Assembly (NCBI GenBank): GCA_964016885.1
Contig: OZ024740.1
Span: forward strand, 159,960,001-160,024,000
DNA length: 64,000 nucleotides
Direction: 5' to 3'
Source of the DNA: Eledone cirrhosa
Taxonomy: Eukaryota
Positions 38,811 to 50,764 of the stretch are shown one piece after another. The first letter of the stretch is position 1. The number at the start of each line of letters is the position of its first letter. Under the pieces are notes generated by a model. The model was given only the letters and a program-made list of their open reading frames with translations, had not been told where the DNA came from and did no database searches. The position numbers and the translations under genes are program-made.

Positions 38811-40468
38811 ATCATTTGTCCTAAGATGTATCTGCCTTTGGAGGACATCTGTGGTTCTTAGAGGAGAGACTTGCATGTAAGAACAACTGCGGGTCTTCCA
38901 CTAAAACACCTTACATGAGCTAGTGTCTTGGAGAGAAACTTTCCAGGTGGAAATCCAGGGTCAGCCATGCCCAAAGTGGGTCTCCCACCTTGTCAACAAA
39001 AGTAACTTAAACAACAGTCACTAATTAAATGCTATGCCATCAATACTTAACTCCTGATGTAGTCATAGGGATTGATGAAACATCATTTGCAAAGAAGAGT
39101 TGTTTGTTAACAATGAAAATGTTGTTTGATGAAAAGTCCTTCATAATGAAAATTGTTTGATGAAAATCATTTGACAAAATGTTTTCCATAATGACATGTT
39201 GTTTGATGAAAGTTCATTTGATGACACATTGGTTGATGAAACGTGAGGGTACTAGTGGTAACTAGATGGTAGAAGCTATCATAAAATTGCCCTTAGATTT
39301 TTTTCTATTCCTTCTGAATTAAATAATGTCGATACTAGCATCCCAACAGTCAATTTAGCAGAGTTGGTAGAGCATTGGATATTTGTTCTGGGTCCCACCA
39401 AAGTCCTCACTGATTTAATCCTTTCAGAGGCATTAAAAAAGTAACAGTCCAGTGTTGGTGTAGCCCTTATTCCTTCCATATGTCACATCCTCGATGTTCT
39501 GGTGGATCAAGGGAGGGAGAATTCCTTGCAACTACATAGGAATTTAAAACCTTTAGTGAAAGCATGGTGTATCTGGCAAGACAAACACAATTGCGAGTGT
39601 TAGCTGTAGTTTTACACTAACTTCAGCCAATGAGAGGCATTTTTATAGTGATCAATATATAAGAAATAGCAAAGAAATATCCCTCATATTGCACACTACT
39701 ATCGTAAAAAGTATGGATGGACCTGAACCAAATAGGGAGCATTTGGCTAGAAATAACAGCCAAATCTACATTAAATCACACTGTTGTCTTAAAATAAAGA
39801 AAAAAATAGAAATGAGAGTCTATGTATGGTTGCTTAACTTGCTAGAAATAGCAACCAAAACTCCTTTGTACTACACTATATCAAGTTTAACTTTTTCGTT
39901 GCCGTATTTATTATGAAATATCCTTCTTATGTGTTTCAAATAATTTTGAGAATAGCCAAATATTTAGAGGAATTTGATAAAATAATAAAATTTTTCATTA
40001 ATAAGCTAATATTTCGAACATTACTTAATAAAAATTTCAAGCAGTTTTGTATTATAGAACCAGGAGCAGTTTCAGACAGTTTGGTACCAACAAGATTAAA
40101 AAAATATTGGACAGTGAAATACCTTTGATGTTTGCCTATTCTACTAAAGATGACCTGGAACTAAACAAGATCAACAACAAATCAAAACTTAGTGGTTCTT
40201 TTAATGGTTTTCCTTATGCGTAGGCACCATGGCACTAGTGTCAATCAAGATGTCATTCTTGGAGGACTTATTTAAACGACTTGATGCAATCCAGATATAT
40301 TTTAATCAAACTTAGGTCCCAAGCAGTTCTGACATGTTTGACAAATCTGACAAGATTTAGACTCAATAAATATATAAATTGAATAATACAAAACTGTGTG
40401 TGAGTGTAGATCCCAATTTAAAGTGGGGTTAACCACAGTAATTACTGGCTACTATATTGAATAATCAA

Positions 40469-43380
40469 ATCATCATCATCATCAACGTTTAACGTCCGTG
40501 TTCCACGCTTGCATGGGTTTGGACGGGGGTTTTCCCACTTGAGGCAAGAGTGATTGTCTTGCTTGCATAGGACTGTCTGGCAGGTTTTCTACAGTTGGAT
40601 GCCCTTCCTAACACCAACCACATTTACAGTGTGGGTCTGGGAGGTTTTTACTGTGTTGCCTACACGGCCACATTACAGCGTGGACTGTGTGTTTTTTTGT
40701 TGTGACACCTACACGATCTCATTTGTTTCGGCCTGGATGGTGTGGCACCAACATAAATTTACATAGAAGGGGGCGGTGTGGATGGGGTGAGGGTGGTGGG
40801 ACGGGGTGTATTTTGTTAGAGATGCCTACTGACTGTAGTAGGTTTTACTTTGTATTTAGGTAAGGTGGGTCTTCTCTATTACTGAGTACCGCCAAAGGTC
40901 TCGGTCCAGTGACATTGTCTTGGAGAGGTGTAAGTGTGTGAGGTCGGAGTTTATCAGCTCATCCCAGGTTTTTCTGGGTCTGCCTATTCCGTGGCTACCG
41001 TCTATCTTTATTGCCCTGCACTTTGTTATACAGCTATCGTCCTTCATGCGCATCACGTGTCCATACCAACGTAGCCTTCTCTCGAGTAAACAACATCTGA
41101 TCCCCCTTATTTCTAATTTTTTCCTTAGTTCGTTTATGCTTTGCCGTTCACGTATATTACTATTACACATCCAGCGGAGCATGCAAGCTTCATTCCTCTC
41201 TAGTCTGCGTATATAATCTGCACATAATGCCCAGGTCTCACTGCCATGCAACATTGCTGTTCGTATGCAGGCATCGTACAACCTGCCTTTCATTTTTAGG
41301 GAGAACCCTTTAGCGGCTAATAGTGGTATAAGCTCTCTGAACTTTTTCCACCCAGTTCTGACTCTAGCTACTGTACTTTCAGAGCACCCTCCCCCACTGC
41401 TGATTTTGTCACCCAGGTAATGGAAGCTGTCCACTATTTCTATAGAACCCTCTGCGCAGTTGAAAGAGCTAGTATTTTGTGGGCACTTGCTGCTACTTAT
41501 TGCCCCATAATAACGGCCACATGTAAAATCTATGTTCTTAGTTAGCTTACCTGTGATCCAACTACATCTTTTATGCACCCAAACTTTGCATTTGGGACAC
41601 AAAATGGAATTTCTACCTACGCCTTTCCTACACTCTGCGCATGGCCACTTCCCGGAGGGGACCGCCACCTTATTTTCTTTCTTACAAACTAGAACTTTAG
41701 TCTTAGCCAGGTTAATTTTAAGGCCTTTTGATTCTAGGCCGTGCTTCCATGTTTGGAATTTCTTCTCTAGCTCGGCCATTGATTCAGCTATGAGCGTTAG
41801 ATCATCTGCGTATAGGAGTTCCCATGGGCAGCCGGTCTTGAACTCCACTGTTATAGCCTGGAGGGCAATAATAAATAGTAGGGGGCTAAGAACAGAGCCC
41901 TGATGAACACCAACTTTTACACTAAACTCTTCACTATATGCGTTGTTAATTCTAACCTTGCTGACTGTTTCTTTATACATGGCTTGTATAGCTCTCACAA
42001 GCCATTCATGAACACCTAGTTTTCTAAGAGCCCACCAGATAATAGAACGGGGGACTCTGTCGAAGGCCTTCTCCAAGTCGACGAAAGCTAAGTATAGGGG
42101 TTTACTTTTAGCTAGGTACTTCTCCTGTAGTTGTCGTACAATGAAAAGAGCGTCTGTGGTACTTTTTCCTGACACAAACCCGAACTGCATTTCATCTAGA
42201 TCAATTCGCTCTCTGATTAGTTGCGCTATTACTTTTTCCGTGACCTTCATGACCTGGTCGATTAATTTAATGCCTCTATAGTTACTCCTATCTAGGGCAT
42301 CTCCTTTACCCTTATAACAGTTAACGATGACGCTGCTACGCCAGTCCTTCAGAACAACCCCATTCTGTATGACTTGGTTGACTATCCGGGTGACCATGGT
42401 GTGTCCCACCGTACCAGATGCCTTCAGCATCTCGGCAACTATTTCCGAAGGCCCAGCCGCCTTGCCCGTCTTCATATCTTTGATTGCCTTACTTATTATA
42501 CTACCCTCTACTAACACTGCTGGTCCCTCTATTGGGTCGATGTGGGGGAGACTGTCTTTCTCCCATTTATTCTCCTCATTTAGTAGCCTTTCATAGTGAC
42601 ACTTCCAAGCTACCTTCTTATCGGCGTCGGTGATGGCAAGTACACCGTCATCGTTAAGTACACACTTCTCCCCGACAATATCACTGTTTTCCTTGACACA
42701 TTGCCTAGCAATCCTGAACACCTCACGTTTTTGGTCCTCGCGTTGTAGAACATGCTTGAACTTTCTTTCCTCTGCTTCCCTTCTTGCGAAGTACACTTGT
42801 CTCCTAGCTTCCCTCCTGGCCACTTGATAGTCTTCTCTACTTCCCCCATCCCGCCATACTTTCCAAGCCTGCTTTTTGGCCTTAATTGACCCCTCCACCT
42901 TACTGTTCCACCACCATATTACTCTCCTCCTGCCTACAGGCCTGCTCCAGCCACAGACTTGTCTGCCGCCGTCAGCAGGTTTGCTTTCAGGAATTCCCAC
43001 TGTTCCTCTACCTTGTACATCTCTAATTGCTCTTCCTTACTGTCGAAAGCATCAAGTAATATGCTTTGGAATTTATTTTTGGCTGTGGGGTCCTTTAGCT
43101 TCCATATTTTTCTCCTGAGGATAGTCCTCTTCTGTTGTCTAGTACGTCTCGTCCTGACTATTAGGTCGCTAATTATCAGTCGATGTTGGGAGGTGCATTC
43201 TTCATGGGGGAGGGATTTAGTGTTTACGACAGTCACTTTGTCACGTCTTCTGGTAAGGATATAATCTACCTGGCTGGTATGTTCCCCTGATCTGTAGGTG
43301 ATCAAGTGATTGTCTCGTTTTTTGAAGTTAGTGTTGCAGATAGTTAGGTTATTTGCGTCACAGAATTCCAGGATTCTGGA
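40469..43380 (-). mobile_element. RTE LINE (family B), 5'-truncated, young
   Basis: 714-aa ORF plus upstream frame with APE end (VDYIL, SQHRL); 3'UTR and (GAT)n tail. Confidence 0.97.
40856..43000 (-). CDS. RTE reverse transcriptase ORF (partial) with internal PHD-like finger
   Basis: [61 protein letters not shown]. Confidence 0.9.
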   Translation of the reverse strand: MGIPESKPADGGRQVCGWSRPVGRRRVIWWWNSKVEGSIKAKKQAWKVWRDGGSREDYQVARREARRQVYFARREAEERKFKHVLQREDQKREVFRIARQCVKENSDIVGEKCVLNDDGVLAITDADKKVAWKCHYERLLNEENKWEKDSLPHIDPIEGPAVLVEGSIISKAIKDMKTGKAAGPSEIVAEMLKASGTVGHTMVTRIVNQVIQNGVVLKDWRSSVIVNCYKGKGDALDRSNYRGIKLIDQVMKVTEKVIAQLIRERIDLDEMQFGFVSGKSTTDALFIVRQLQEKYLAKSKPLYLAFVDLEKAFDRVPRSIIWWALRKLGVHEWLVRAIQAMYKETVSKVRINNAYSEEFSVKVGVHQGSVLSPLLFIIALQAITVEFKTGCPWELLYADDLTLIAESMAELEKKFQTWKHGLESKGLKINLAKTKVLVCKKENKVAVPSGKWPCAECRKGVGRNSILCPKCKVWVHKRCSWITGKLTKNIDFTCGRYYGAISSSKCPQNTSSFNCAEGSIEIVDSFHYLGDKISSGGGCSESTVARVRTGWKKFRELIPLLAAKGFSLKMKGRLYDACIRTAMLHGSETWALCADYIRRLERNEACMLRWMCNSNIRERQSINELRKKLEIRGIRCCLLERRLRWYGHVMRMKDDSCITKCRAIKIDGSHGIGRPRKTWDELINSDLTHLHLSKTMSLDRDLWRYSVIEKTHLT

Positions 43381-43589
43381 ATATATATATATATAGGTGG
43401 GATGGACATATGTGTGTGTATGTATGTATGTCATATTTTTGTTTTTATTAGCTATAGTTATTACAATTATTAGTAGTATTACAATAATTATTAAGTGGGT
43501 GAATTAGCAGGATTGTTAGGGTGTCATAAAGTTCTTTGTGGTATTTTTCTCACCTCTTTTCATCCTGAGTTCAAATGCTGCCAGGGTCA

Positions 43590-44050
43590 ATTTGTTCAGA
43601 AAGTGGCAATTTTTGTCAACCAGCTTTGGTGTCCTGTTGTCCCCCTCTCTGTTACACCTCCCATTGTCCCTTACCTACTCCCTGCTCTCATGGAACATCT
43701 TGCGCCAGCGAAAAACAGTCACCTGACTCATGAAAGTTAGTCCGTAAGCAGTTTTGAAAATTTCATAGGTTTCTGCAGCATTTTTGCCCACCTTGACATA
43801 AAACTTTATTGCATATCAAGCCTCCAAGTTATCCTCACATGTCCTGACTCCATTGATGAAACAATCAGCTGTGACAATACATGTATGAAGGGTAGTGTTT
43901 AAATTGTTGTAGTAGCCCCAACCTTCCACCTGGAAAAAACAGATTTGGCATGTTAGCTTATAACCATAACAAGGATGTATTATAGCAGTTACATAAATTA
44001 GTTAAAAATTCTTGTAAAGAAAAGTCTCAAATCTTCTTGAGTGTACCTCG
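43590..44050 (-). mobile_element. Mariner 5' fragment
   Basis: TA-CGAGGTACACTCAAGAAG end; YAIKFYVKVGKNAAETYE...AYG...MSQVTVFRWRKMF HTH region. Confidence 0.75.
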
Positions 44051-44074
44051 TATAGAGGTTCCCAAGGAATTTCT

Positions 44075-44900
44075 GTTTTAAATTCTTCTGCTATAGCCTG
44101 GAGGATGATAATAAACAGTATAGGGCTAAGGACAAAGCTCTCTAAACTTCCCACTATAGTCATTAATAATTTTAACCTTGCTGATTGTGCCTCTATACAT
44201 AGCTTGTACTGCCCTTACATGCCAAGCAACCATCCCTAGTTTCCTAAGTGCCCACCAAATTACAGAACGTGGGACCTTATCGAAAGCTTTCTCCAGGTTA
44301 ACAAATGCTAAGTAGGGGTTTTTACATTTTGCTAGGTACTTCTGCAGTTCCCTCACAAGGAAAAGGAAGGCATTTGTAGTAGTTTTACCTGGTGCAAATC
44401 CAAACTACATCAGACCTATGTTAAAATGATCTCTAATCAATTGCACAATTACTCTCTCTGTAACTTTCATGACCTGGTTCATTAATTTGATGCCTCAGTA
44501 GTTTCCTCTTGCTAGTGCATCACTTTTTCCCTACTAGCAATTGATGATGGTCCTGCTACACTTTAAATTCCAACCCATCCTCCTCCCGGTTGCTTTCTGT
44601 TTCCAAGTAGCTCTAATCAACAAATCACAGACTACAAGATTATGTTTGGAGGTGCATTTTTCACCAGGGAGGAATGCTGTGTTTACGACCATCACTCTAT
44701 TTAGCCATCTGGTGAGGATGAAATCTATTAGGCTGGTGTGCTCACCTGAGCTATAGGTGATCAAGTAGTTGTCTGTTTTTTTGTTTTTTTTGCTGATTGT
44801 TAGTTTATTAGCATTGCAGAATTCAAGGAGCCTAAATCCTTCCTCATTTCTAACACCAAATCCATAAATCCTATGGATGCCATCAAAGTCATCACTGTGT
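44075..44900 (-). mobile_element. Degraded, internally deleted RTE
   Basis: ITYSSGEHTSLIDFIL and [27 protein letters not shown]. Confidence 0.85.
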
Positions 44901-44904
44901 GGCT

Positions 44905-45980
44905 CATCATCATCATCATCATTTTACGGCCATACTTCCACGCTAGCATGGGTTAGACAGGTCGTCTGTTGTGGGCCGTGTCTGGTCGGCTGACCTTATC
45001 TTGCTCATAAGGGAACTGATTCTGGCTTGATTTCTACAGCTGGATGCCCTTCTTAACACCAGCTTCATTTACAGTGAGTGCTGGGTGCTTTTTTTCCATG
45101 GCGCCTACACGACCACTTTACAGTGTGGGCTGGGTGCACTTTTGCTGTGACAACTCCACGACCACTTTGCAGTAGGAGGAGGTGGGGTATATTGTCTATA
45201 TGCTTCCGCTTCGGGGAAGTCAGGTCTTCTGTATTACTGCATGACGCCAGAGGTCACGGACCTGTGTCATCACCTTTGAGAGATGCAATCGGGTAAGGTT
45301 GGCTTTTATCACCTCATCCCAGGTTTTCTTGGGTCACCCCACTCCATGGCTTCCATCGACTTCTAGTGCTCTGCACCTTTTTATGCAGCTGTCATCCTTC
45401 ATACATATCACATGTCCATACCAACCTCTTCTCCTACACACACCATTTGATTCCCCTTAGCACAGTCTTTCTCTCTCAATTTGTTTATGCTTTGCCGTTC
45501 GCATATATTACTATTACACATCCATCAGAGCGTGCAAGCTTTGTTTCTTTCTAATCTATGCTAATCTTCTACACACAACGCCCAGGTCTCACTACCATGT
45601 AACATTGCTGTTCATATGCACGCATCATACAGTCTGCCTTTCATTTTGAGGGAAAAGACTTTTGCAACTAGCAGTGGCAGTAGCTCCCAGAACTTCTTCC
45701 TTCCCATTCTTACCCTGTTTACTGTACTTTCCGAACACCCAACTCCACTACTAATTGGTCTCTTAGGTAGCAAAAGCTGTCTACTGTTTCTACAGAGCCC
45801 TCTCAGAGTTTGGTGGTGCTTGTTTTCTGTGGCCGTTTGCTGCTTGCTGTCCCAGGTCTGCTGCTACATGTAAAGCCTACATTCTTAGCTAAGTTTCCTG
45901 AGATCCCACTACATCTCTTGTGTACCTGTAGTTTGCATTTGAGGCGGAGGATGGAGTTCCTACATACACCTTTCCCCACT
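44905..45980 (-). mobile_element. Degraded RTE 3' part (family C)
   Basis: [33 protein letters not shown]; the 3'UTR shares the SINE-1 middle segment. Confidence 0.85.
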
Positions 45981-45984
45981 TAAA

Positions 45985-46120
45985 AAACCTTCAAAGCACA
46001 AGCATTGCTTGTTCAAGATCTGTTACAGGTTTGTGTAGCTGGCTGTAGCCTAAAGCGGCACCATTTTCCCTAATCTGACAAGTGATTGCAATACTCTTAG
46101 TAGAGTTTTCAGCCATCATA
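45985..46120 (+). mobile_element. RTE 3' terminus (29433-32575 family)
   Basis: AATCTGACAAGTGATTGCAATACTCTTAGTAGAGTTTTCAGCCATCATA matches 32529-32577. Confidence 0.7.
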
Positions 46121-46136
46121 TATATATATATATATA

Positions 46137-46230
46137 TAAATGAAAAGTATAGAAAACATTGTAGCAAAAATATATATATCATGAAATACTGTTGGCTTTT
46201 TGCTACAATGTTTTCTATACCTTTCATTTA
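46137..46230. repeat. Short inverted repeat (34-bp arms, one mismatch)
   Basis: TAAATGAAAAGTATAGAAAACATTGTAGCAAAAA / TTTTTGCTACAATGTTTTCTATACCTTTCATTTA. Confidence 0.9.
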
Positions 46231-46269
46231 TGTGTATAGCTAGATGTATGTGTATTCATGTATTAAAGT

Positions 46270-46316
<47 letters not shown>

Positions 46317-46763
46317 GACAGGAGTATGTATGTATATATGTGTGTGTCTATACGTGTGTATATAAAGATAAGTTGAGTATGAAAATGTATACACATGAAT
46401 GCGTATGTATGTACATATATATATGTATATATATGTATATATATATATGTGCATGTATATATGTATGTAGGTATGAGCATGTAAGTATGTGTATGTGAGT
46501 ATATGTATTTTGTAGAGATGTGCATATATGTTTGTGTGTGAATGTGTGGGCGAAAGGATACGTACACTTGAAAGAAAAATTTAAGCCTGAATGTTAATTA
46601 AGTGCAAACACAAAACCAACCATGCATATCTATACTACTAATTACTCACTGCCACCAAAAATTCTCACTGCTATCAAAAAACCACTCCCTTAACTATTCT
46701 TCTAAGAACTTCACCCCTCCCTCTTAATATTCTCTATAAAAACCAAACAGGTTCTCAATAAAA

Positions 46764-46884
46764 TTATTCTGATGAAATGACAGTTAATAATAACATTGAA
46801 ATATTGAATGTCTGCATAACTAATACTTTGTAGATAGCAGCTGTTTTCAGGTTATGTAACTGTTATTGAAACACGTGTCAATAA
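46764..46884 (+). ncRNA. Type I hammerhead ribozyme with long stem II
   Basis: TTATT-CTGATGA-AATGACAGTTA...(70 nt)...TAACTGTTATT-GAAA-CACGTG-TC-AATAA; canonical core and GUC triplet. Confidence 0.85.
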
Positions 46885-47216
46885 ATTCCTTTTAACTGAA
46901 CTGTATCCATTTAAATCCTTCTATATATACATATATATACATATATATATAAATGGAAAAAATGAAACAAAATTTCATTTCCCACTCTTAGTACGGCTGT
47001 TACTTAAATATAAGTATGTACACGTACATACATATATGTATACAGACATACAGTAGTATGTATATATATATACATACATGCACACATATATATATGTACG
47101 TATGGATTCACCGAACATTTATTATAATGGTCGGTGTGTTTGTAAACAAACATCCCGTATTAGGCCGTAGTGTCCAGCAACCATTGTTGCTCGTTTGTTC
47201 AACACTGACAAAGGAA

Positions 47217-47257
47217 CGCTGTACTAGTTTCAAGCTTATTAGCTATCGTCAGCAACG
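47217..47257 (-). ncRNA. Minimal hammerhead ribozyme
   Basis: CGTTG-CTGACGA-T-AGCT AATA AGCT-T-GAAA-CTAG-TA-CAGCG. Confidence 0.82.
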
Positions 47258-47686
47258 TATACCTTCCTGCCAGATTGTTGAACGTATATACTTACCTTAT
47301 GCATATTAACGGCTGAGTAGCCCAATTTACATATCGAGTGGGTTAATCGGCTGGGTGCACCGAAAACGATAAACGGAAAAAATGAAACAAAATTTCATTT
47401 CCCACTCTTAGTACGGCTGTTACTTAAATATAAGTATGTAGACGTACATTCATATATGTATACAGACGTACAGTAGTATGTATATATATATACATACATG
47501 CACACATATATATATGTACGTATGGATTCACTGAACATTTATTATAATGCTCAGTGTGTTTGTAAACAAACATCCCGTATTCGGTGCACCCGGCTGATTA
47601 ACCCACTCGATATGCAAATTGGGCTATTCAGCCGTTAATATGGGTAAGGTAAGTATATACGTTCAACAATCTGGCAGGAAGGTATA

Positions 47687-47727
47687 CGTTGCTGACGATA
47701 GCTAATAAGCTTGAAACTAGTACAGCA
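47687..47727 (+). ncRNA. Minimal hammerhead ribozyme (inverted copy)
   Basis: CGTTG-CTGACGA-TAGCTAATAAGCTT-GAAA-CTAG-TA-CAGCA. Confidence 0.8.
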
Positions 47728-48024
47728 TTCCTTTGTTAGTGTTGAACAAACGAGCAACGATGGTTGCTGGACACTACGGCTTAATACGGGATGTTTGTTT
47801 ACAAACACACCGAGCATTATAATAAATGTTCGGTGAATCCATACGTACATATATATATGTGTGCATGTATGTATTTATATATACATACTACTGTACGTCT
47901 GTATACATATATGTATGTACGTGTACATACTTATATATATATATATATATACATATATATGTATACACATATATATGTATACACATATATATATATACAC
48001 ACATATATATATACACATATACAT

Positions 48025-48063
<39 letters not shown>

Positions 48064-48086
48064 ATGTATAATAAACAATACAGTAT

Positions 48087-48164
48087 AATTACCTCATTAC
48101 CAGAGGTTTCCCGAATAAGACGAATACAAGAAACGTCCGCATTCGTTCGTCAGACAAGGCAATT
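48087..48164 (-). ncRNA. Type I hammerhead ribozyme in the left inverted arm (48058-48250)
   Basis: Reverse-complement copy of 50117-50194. Confidence 0.82.
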
Positions 48165-48821
48165 TAAAACAGTGAAATATGTGAAAAATATCTCCTCAAG
48201 AAAGGCAAAAGTTTAACGGGCAAAAAAAATATAAATAAAAGTAATAACACAAGAGAAATATATAAAAAATAAAAATAAAGGAATATAGTAAGGGGATGTG
48301 TATAAATGTGTGTATATGCACCTACAAATGTACATGTGCGTGTATGTACAAATGCATGTGTATAGTGAAAAAATGTGTGCGTAAGTACATACATGAGGGC
48401 AAACATATTAGTGTATGTATGATGACAAATACGTATATAGTATATATATGTTGAAAAAGGAATTGTAAGATAATGGAGTTAGCGTACATACAGACTCAGG
48501 GTTGAAATATATACACATACAAGGATCAAAGGATGCACGCGTATAAACATACACGCATGCACAACCACATACATGTATGTGATATATACAGGGAAGGGGG
48601 TGTATAAAGTTAAAGCAGTGTCAGACTGAAGTTCGATACAAATATAAAAATATAAAATATGATAAATTAATGAAATAATACATAAGATAAGAATAAAAAA
48701 TTAAGGCAAAGAGAAAGTAAGTGGGAGGGGTTATCAATTATAGAGTAACACTAGAAAAAAAAAAAAAATAAAAAGTAGAAAACATGCATATATGCGAACA
48801 AGATCATACACACACATATAT

Positions 48822-49290
48822 ATCATCATCATCATCATCATCATCAACGTTTAACGTCCGTGTTCCACGCTTGCATGGGTTTGGACGGGGGTAGTCCCAC
48901 TTGAGGCAAGAGTGATTGTCTTGCTCGCATAGGACTGTCTGGCAGGTTTTCTACAGTTGGATGCCCTTCCTAACACCAACCACATTTACAGTGTGGGTCT
49001 GGGAGGTTTTTACCGTGTTGCCTACACGGCCACATTACAGCGTGGACTGTGTGTTTTTTTTGTCGTGACACCTACACGATCTCATTTGTTTCGGCCTCGA
49101 TGGCGCGGCACCAACATAACTTTACATGGAACGGGGTGGTGTGGATGGGGTGGGGGTGGTGGTGGTGGGACGGGGTGTATTTTGTTAGAGATGCCTACTG
49201 GCTGGAGTAGGTTTTACTATATATTTAGGTAAGGCGGGTCTTCTCTGTTACTGAGTACCGCCAAAGGTCTCGGTCCAGTGACATTGTCTT
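48822..49290 (-). mobile_element. RTE family B 3' end
   Basis: Near-identical to 40469-40920. Confidence 0.92.
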
Positions 49291-49307
49291 GATAAATATA
49301 TATATAT

Positions 49308-49626
49308 GGAGTCATATGGCTTAGTGGTTAGAGCATTGGCCTTGCAATCGAAAGGTTGTGAGTTCAATTCTTGGACCGGGTGATGTGTTGTTTCCTTGAG
49401 CAAGAGACTTTATTTCACATTGTTCCAGTTTACTCAGCTGTAGAAATGAGATGCATTCCACTGTAAAGTGGTGGTGGAGGTGCCACGGCAAAAAAGCACC
49501 CAGCACTCACTGTAAATGAGGTTGGTGTTAGGAAGGGCATCCAGCTGTAGAAATCAAGCCAGTATCAGTTCCCGTCCCACCCTTGCAAGCAGGGAAAAGC
49601 GGACGTAAAATGATGATGATGATGAT
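49308..49626 (+). mobile_element. tRNA-derived SINE (family 1)
   Basis: Matches 8223-8614 with an internal deletion. Confidence 0.9.
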
Positions 49627-50116
49627 ATATACGTACAGACAAAATAACATGCACAAAAGCATACATACACATACAAGCATACACGCATACATACACATGA
49701 TGCACATATACATACATACACATCTAATCACATGCACACACGCGACAATATATATATATATATATGTATATAAGTATATATATATATATATATACATGTA
49801 AAAAAGACGTATACATAAATGCACACATACGAATGCGTTCGTATACATATACAAACACGTATACCCATATATGCACACATACGCATACATACATATATAA
49901 AAGCCAGCCGTATGAATACATGGGTACAAAATATACGCAAATAAACATACATAAAAGCGGCTGAGGGACAACGGAAAATAAAAACACAAGTGACATGTGA
50001 TATCGGGTAGTGAAAGAAAAGGGGGAAGTGTATTATTACTTTTATTTATATTTTTTTTGCCCGTTAAACTTTTGCTTTCTTGGGGAGATATTTTTCAAAT
50101 ATTTCACTATGTTTTA

Positions 50117-50194
50117 AATTGCCTTGTCTGACGAACGAATGCGGACGTTTCTTGTATTCGTCTTGTTCGGGAAACCTCTGGTAATGAGGTAATT
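50117..50194 (+). ncRNA. Type I hammerhead ribozyme in the right inverted arm (50029-50224)
   Basis: AATTGCCTTGT-CTGACGA-ACGAAT...GTTCGG-GAAA-CC TCT GG-TA-ATGAGGTAATT; 11-bp stem I (3 G-U pairs), GUA triplet. Confidence 0.85.
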
Positions 50195-50303
50195 ATACTC
50201 TATTGTTTATTATACATTAAATATTTAGCTCTGTAACTTACATAGAGCACTCTTCATTCCTCTGACATTTTCAATTTTCAACGGAAACTTCAATACTTAT
50301 ATA

Positions 50304-50435
<132 letters not shown>

Positions 50436-50764
50436 GAGAGAGAGAAAAAACGTAAAAATCTTATGATCACTTTCATAAGCAATAATATATGTGCAAGTGT
50501 ATATACACTCACACACACACTATTGGTTATGAAAGTGAACATAAGATTTTGGTGACAATGGTAATTTGTACTCCCACTGATTTAATATCTTGCTTGAATT
50601 TAATGTGACAAGATTACAAAATATATAATATCCCATGGCTGACACCAGCTGGGTCTAAGTCTATAAACAGAAATCTATGCAGACATATGCAGTTATTATT
50701 ACAGATTTAAACAGAAGCATATATTCACGTAATATATATATATATTATATATGTATATCTATCT

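Larger units (their letters stand above)
46951..47935. mobile_element. Non-coding 420-bp-monomer element: 1.5 tandem copies plus an inverted copy
   Basis: 46951-47370 monomer, repeated at 47371-47581; 47582-47935 is the reverse complement of about 47008-47362. Confidence 0.9.

Noticed and set aside
39070-39245. TGATGA/GAAA repeats as hammerheads or a CRISPR array
   Set aside because: No CTGA core with closing stems and no unique spacers; eukaryotic context.
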